From Patescibacteria group bacterium (GTDB taxonomy: Bacteria; Patescibacteriota; Minisyncoccia; Minisyncoccales; DG-74-1): 29,757 bases of DNA. The stretch spans positions 1 to 29,757 of the forward strand of contig JASEJL010000001.1 of assembly GCA_030016465.1 (NCBI GenBank). Reading direction: 5' to 3'. A program made the translations under genes and the position numbers. This document shows, piece by piece, positions 25,642 to 29,757 of the stretch; position 1 is the first letter of the stretch; each line of letters begins with the position of its first letter. The notes under the pieces are model-generated. The model was given only the letters and a program-made list of their open reading frames with translations. It had not been told where the DNA came from and did not search any database.

Positions 25642-26010
25642 ATGGCAAAAACAATTCTAATAGTAGAGGACGATAAATTCCTCAGAGAATTAATTGCTCA
25701 AAAATTGATTAACGAAGGCTATGAGATTTCCGAGGCGGTTGACGGAGAAGAAGGAATAAAAAAGATTCAAGAAGAAAAGCCAAACCTAGTTTTGCTTGAC
25801 CTTATTTTACCAGGAATTGATGGTTTCGAGGTTTTATCTAAAATGAAAGAAGACGTGGCCTTGGCTCATATTCCAGTGATTATTCTTTCCAATCTTGGCC
25901 AAAAAGAAGATGTAGAGCGAGGATTGCAATTGGGAGCGATTGATTATTTAATTAAAGCCCATTTTACTCCTGGAGAGATTATTGAGAAAATAAAGAACGC
26001 CCTCAAGTAA
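25642..26010 (+). CDS. Single-domain (CheY-like) response regulator
   Basis: LIVEDD, LLDLILPGIDGFE, ILSNL, YLIK. Confidence 0.95.
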   Translation: MAKTILIVEDDKFLRELIAQKLINEGYEISEAVDGEEGIKKIQEEKPNLVLLDLILPGIDGFEVLSKMKEDVALAHIPVIILSNLGQKEDVERGLQLGAIDYLIKAHFTPGEIIEKIKNALK

Positions 26011-26086
26011 ACCCGATTTAGAAGCTCTGGTAATAACATACAGATATTACCGGATAATTTTATCTAGTCTAGGATTGGAATTTAGA

Positions 26087-26303
26087 CACCTAGGCAAAAT
26101 TTTCTTTTAGAAAATTTTGAGATATTTTGCAAGGTATTTCTTTTGACAACTCACTCATTCATTTAGCTGGCTCTGACGCTATTTTGCCTCTGTGTTGGTA
26201 AAGTTAAATAATGCTTATAGCCTTTGTGATGCTTTTATCTTTTTTGACATGGTAAAATTAGAACTGCTTTTATATAGGAATTATTGAAATTGCTATACAA
26301 GAA
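26087..26303. repeat. Dispersed repeat, copy 2 (inverted relative to 16288-16518)
   Basis: See copy 1. It lies about 80 bp upstream of tRNA-Gly. Confidence 0.9.
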
Positions 26304-26384
26304 CTTTCCATTTGACTGTAAACAATACCAAACTTGCTTGTAAGGTAAAAGGACAGATTCAAAGAATTGCAGAAAAAATTTAGT

Positions 26385-26455
26385 GCGGGTGTAGCACAGT
26401 GGTAGTGCATCTGGTTGCCAATCAGAGTACACGGGTTCGATTCCCGTCACCCGCT
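26385..26455 (+). tRNA. tRNA-Gly(GCC), CCA not encoded
   Basis: Acceptor GCGGGTG/CACCCGC, D arm GCAC/GTGC, anticodon loop TT-GCC-AA, T arm ACGGG-TTCGATT-CCCGT, discriminator U. Confidence 0.96.
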
Positions 26456-26937
26456 TCACTTCAAACGAGTACCAGTTATTTTCCAATTAACATAGAAACC
26501 CAAAATGAAAGTACTGACAGCCATCAATTCTAAAGGTTTATCTTAAAGTTTTTAAATAATTCTTCTTTGATTTTTTGTATTAAAATAACACATTCATTGT
26601 CGCTTTTTTGATAGGTAATTTTATTTAGCATTTTGAAAATGACTTCAGGCTTTAAATATTGCTTAGCATTGGCTAAAAGCCTCAATCTCTCCTAAAAAAT
26701 CTGGTAAGTATTGTAGACTTTCTTTTGTTTGTCTTTTGTCAGTAATGGTGATGACCTAATTACAAGGCCAGTGGTTATCTGAGAGTTGTCCATATTGATT
26801 TTCAATTATGACGACTCTCATTTTTGTTTTCACAACAGTAATTTAGAATTCCTTTTTACCTTAAAAACGGGTTTCATTTTTGGTTTTTTTATTATACAAC
26901 AACACTTTATTGTTCTTTTAAAAGATTATCGCTATAA

Positions 26938-27489
26938 TGAACCAATAAGATATTGATTGAATAAAGTAATATTATTAGTTTGATTATAGCTAAATTCAAA
27001 AAACGAGAAGAAACTACTGCTTTACGAAAAGAAAAGCAAATGAGCTAAGCCACTTAAAGAAGATTTTAAAAGTTGAGTAAAAACGCCCTGAATCTCTGAC
27101 TTAGAAATTATCCTCTTTCTGAAAAAAAGAATCAAGAAATTATAAGAGCGAGTCAGTTATAGAAAAAATTCGTAATACAAAAAAAAGAGAGAGAAAAGAG
27201 AGATTCAAAAAGATTTATAAAATTCAAAAGAAATTAATTCTGTCTTTAAAAAAGCGAGAATTTTTTCTATTAGGATTAGCTTTTTATTGGAGAGAAAAGG
27301 CAAAGTAAAAGTATAAGATGGACAGCCTTATAATTCGCACATCCGTACATTAAAAAACATCTAGCAAAAGAATAAATCATAAAGGAAGTTTTGGCCACGG
27401 TATTTGTAAATTTAAAAAGAACTAGTGTACCCCTCACAGAAAAAATATTTATGGACATTAAAGCAATAAGTGACCGTTATAATAAATAA
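26938..27489 (+). pseudogene. Decayed HTH plus LAGLIDADG-like protein upstream of tRNA-Ile
   Basis: Fragments SKNALNL*LRNYPLSEKK (HTH-like), LKKREFFLLGLAFYW(R)E (LAGLIDADG-like helix) and HKGSFGHGIC..LTEKIFMDIKAISDRYNK*. Many stops and frameshifts. The family assignment is from recall. Confidence 0.5.
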
Positions 27490-27497
27490 TAATAGAA

Positions 27498-27573
27498 GGG
27501 CATGTAGCTCAGTGGTTAGAGCATCAAGCTTATAACTTGAGGGTCCCAGGTTCGAGTCCTGGCATGCCCACCA
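27498..27573 (+). tRNA. tRNA-Ile(UAU), CCA encoded
   Basis: Acceptor GGGCATG/CATGCCC, anticodon arm TCAAG-CT-TAT-AA-CTTGA, T arm CCAGG-TTCGAGT-CCTGG, A73, CCA. Confidence 0.95.
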
Positions 27574-27610
27574 TATAAGAAATATCAAATTTTTCGTGTC
27601 AGAAATATCA

Positions 27611-27646
27611 TTTGGCGAGCCGCGCCGGAAGGCGCGGCTCGCCAAA
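27611..27646. repeat. Perfect 16-bp GC-rich hairpin with a GGAA tetraloop (REP-like)
   Basis: TTTGGCGAGCCGCGCC-GGAA-GGCGCGGCTCGCCAAA. Confidence 0.85.
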
Positions 27647-27669
27647 AATGAAGCTAAAAAATCATAAGG

Positions 27670-28316
27670 TGGTTGTCAGTTCCAGGCAACTTTTTTGTTG
27701 GAAATTACACCGTGCGTTCCGACTTTTTCCATAATTTGCTTAATTTCTTCCAGTGTCTGATTTTAGCTGGAGGACGAAATTAAACCTTAAAGATAGTTTC
27801 TTCTGATTCCCTTTGCTTTTTATCTTCAAAAGTCTTAATGTTCTTTAAAGATATCTTGGGATTAATTCTTTTGGGGATATGTAAGTATTTATTGACCGTA
27901 TTGTGCTGAACCTTTATTCCATACTCACTGAAAAGGAAAGTAGACATTTTCTCTTTTCTCCAGCCATACTTATCTTTCACTTCCAGGATTTTATCTTCTT
28001 TTTATTTAGAGATTCCTTTTCTCTTAGAGACATCTTTTTGGTTGAGACTCCAGATTTCTGGAATCACGGTTATTCCGTTCAAAGATTGATTTAATTATAA
28101 ACAGCCACTGTCTTGAAATACCAACCCTATTGCTGGCCTTGGTAACATTTCCCTGTTGGTCATGATAGAGCATATAAAGCTATCTTAATATTGTTTTAGC
28201 TACAGATGATAAATAGTGATTATGGGGATTTAGAAATTTTTCAACTCTTAATTGCATAGATTTGATTAAGTTATTTTTTACCTCCTTAATCAAATCATGC
28301 TCAGTGTTTTCATTTA
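27670..28316 (-). pseudogene. Truncated, decayed IS481-like transposase N-terminal half; boundaries approximate
   Basis: Fragments LYMLYHDQQGNVTKASNRVGISRQWL (HTH), KDKYGWRKEKMS and HNTVNKYL. Many stops; no DDE core visible. Confidence 0.55.
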
Positions 28317-28585
28317 CAAAAGAAAAATAAAAGAAAAGGTATTTTTATTCCGATTTTTTCGGCATCAATAAATTTTTTTCACGAATCCTGTCTGCGCGCA
28401 CAGGGAGAATCAAAATTTTTTGTTTGTATGGGAAACTCTATAATTGAAAAATAGATTCGACTATTATCTATTATTGTTCACAAAGTTCACAAAATGGCTT
28501 CTGAAAAATCTGAACTTCTGATTTTGGTGTATTTATACAACTCTGCTCGAACCTATAGAAATTTTTTTAGTGTCGGGGGTTACGG

Positions 28586-29712
28586 CGCATAAGTTCAAAA
28601 ACATATTGGAAAACTCCAAGGTTTAAGACCTATGGAGTTTTTTAATCATATTCATTGCAAATATACTGGTGTTAGAGGTTTTGTCACCCTCTATAATTAT
28701 CATTTAAAGTACCAGTATATGATCCAAGATAAAACAAAAAAGAAGGCTGCAATTGTCTCATTCTTTGAGAGGTTTGGTCTTGCAGCCAAGATTGCAGCCT
28801 TCAATTACAGTAAATCATCAATTTATAGTTGGCGCAAGACCTTAAGAGAGTCAGGGGGTAACATCGAGAACCTAAATGAGTGCTCTAAAGCTCCCCATCA
28901 TCCCAGACAAACCAAGATCGATTCAAGAGTTAAACAGTTTATCCAAGAATATCGCTGCGAGCATCCTAAAGCCAGAAAAGAGAAAGTTAAACCTGATTTA
29001 GATCTCTTTTGTCAGAAAGAAAGAGATAAAGTCTATCTCTGAGTCTACTATTGGTTCAATAAATCAAAGAGCTTAAGAAGAAAGGTTAAATTCCAGATAA
29101 AAAGGTTAAAGTCTCTTTAATTGGTAAAACTGGTCGAGTGATAGTTAGAGAAAGCCAAAACCTAAGAAAAAGAAACTAAGAAGAAAAGGTTATCAACTAG
29201 AGAGGCCGCGAGATCTACTTCAGTTAGATACCATAGTTAAGTTCATTCACGGTCTTAAGAGATATATTCTTACTGCCATTGATCTCAAATCAAAGTTTGT
29301 CTTTGCTCAGGCCTACAGTCATCTTTCTTCAAAAGCTTCTGAAGATTTCTTTAACAAGCTGGAGAAAATAGTTCCATTCTCTATTCAGAGAACCCAAACG
29401 GATAATGGAGCTAAATTCCAGAAAAGATTTAGAGCTAATTTAGAAAGAAAAAACATTCTTCAGTTCTTTAACTATCCTAGAAGACCACAACAGAATGCTC
29501 AGATTGAGAGATTTAACCGAACTATTCAGGAAGATTTTGTTGACTGGAATCTTGATCTTCTGGCTAACAATATCCAACTTTTTAACCAGAAACTCATCGA
29601 TTGGCTTTTGTGGTACAACTCCAAAAGACCTTACTCTTCCTTAAACAATCAAAGTCCTGTACAATACTTAATTAAGAACCTTGGATTTTCCAATATGTTA
29701 TGGACCTATGCA
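28586..29712 (+). mobile_element. IS481-family insertion sequence, inactivated
   Basis: Imperfect ~37-bp TIRs at 28586-28623 and 29677-29712. No target-site duplication seen. Confidence 0.8.
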
Positions 29713-29748
29713 CGAGCTGGTAAAATTTACGAATTTTTGATAAAATGA
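28632..29748 (+). pseudogene. IS481-family transposase, frameshifted
   Basis: HTH part 28632-29042; rve core in a start-less frame 29152-29748 (LQLDT, QTDNG, NAQIERFNRT, WYNSKRP); the region between is disrupted. Confidence 0.88.
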
Positions 29749-29757
29749 GTTTGGGCA

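Noticed and set aside
26235-26486. 83-aa minus-strand ORF, and likewise 27412-27645
   Set aside because: Antisense read-through of tRNA genes and of the dispersed repeat.
26460-26900. Minus-strand gene-like fragments after tRNA-Gly
   Set aside because: Stops occur in all frames and I could not assign a family with confidence.
28476-28493. GTTCACAAA twice, as DnaA boxes or a repeat array
   Set aside because: Only two copies, located between IS relics; chance or local slippage is sufficient.

Overview
AT-rich chromosomal window that includes the probable replication origin. Gene content and order (short PilB, tsaE next to a stand-alone 5'-3' exonuclease, tRNA-Ile(UAU), IS481-like elements) suggest a Patescibacteria/Parcubacteria (CPR) genome; this assignment is an inference. 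From left to right: (1) an intein-containing rtcB running off the left edge, preceded by a free-standing LAGLIDADG endonuclease that carries a duplicate of the RtcB N-terminus; (2) dnaA-dnaN, a class A PBP and tyrS; (3) a MITE-like element, a small acidic ORF, a decayed Zn-finger/Hjc-like nuclease, yebC, a decayed lamin-tail-domain gene and a strongly structured orphan RNA; (4) pilB/gspE, tsaE and a 5'-3' exonuclease; (5) a roughly 11 kb sensory region (PocR, V4R, PAS, PfpI, two FIST, TM-HAMP, histidine kinase, two single-domain receivers) mixed with pseudogenes and duplications; (6) tRNA-Gly(GCC), tRNA-Ile(UAU) and decayed LAGLIDADG-like and IS481-like elements. The strongest candidate for a new system is a split two-component pathway. 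Two kinase-less sensors end in the same VGRELKM helix, and the kinase N-terminus carries four exact 28-aa repeats of a related helix (VRRDLEL), which suggests coiled-coil docking of several sensors onto one kinase. All translations and alignments were done by hand; no database searches were run.
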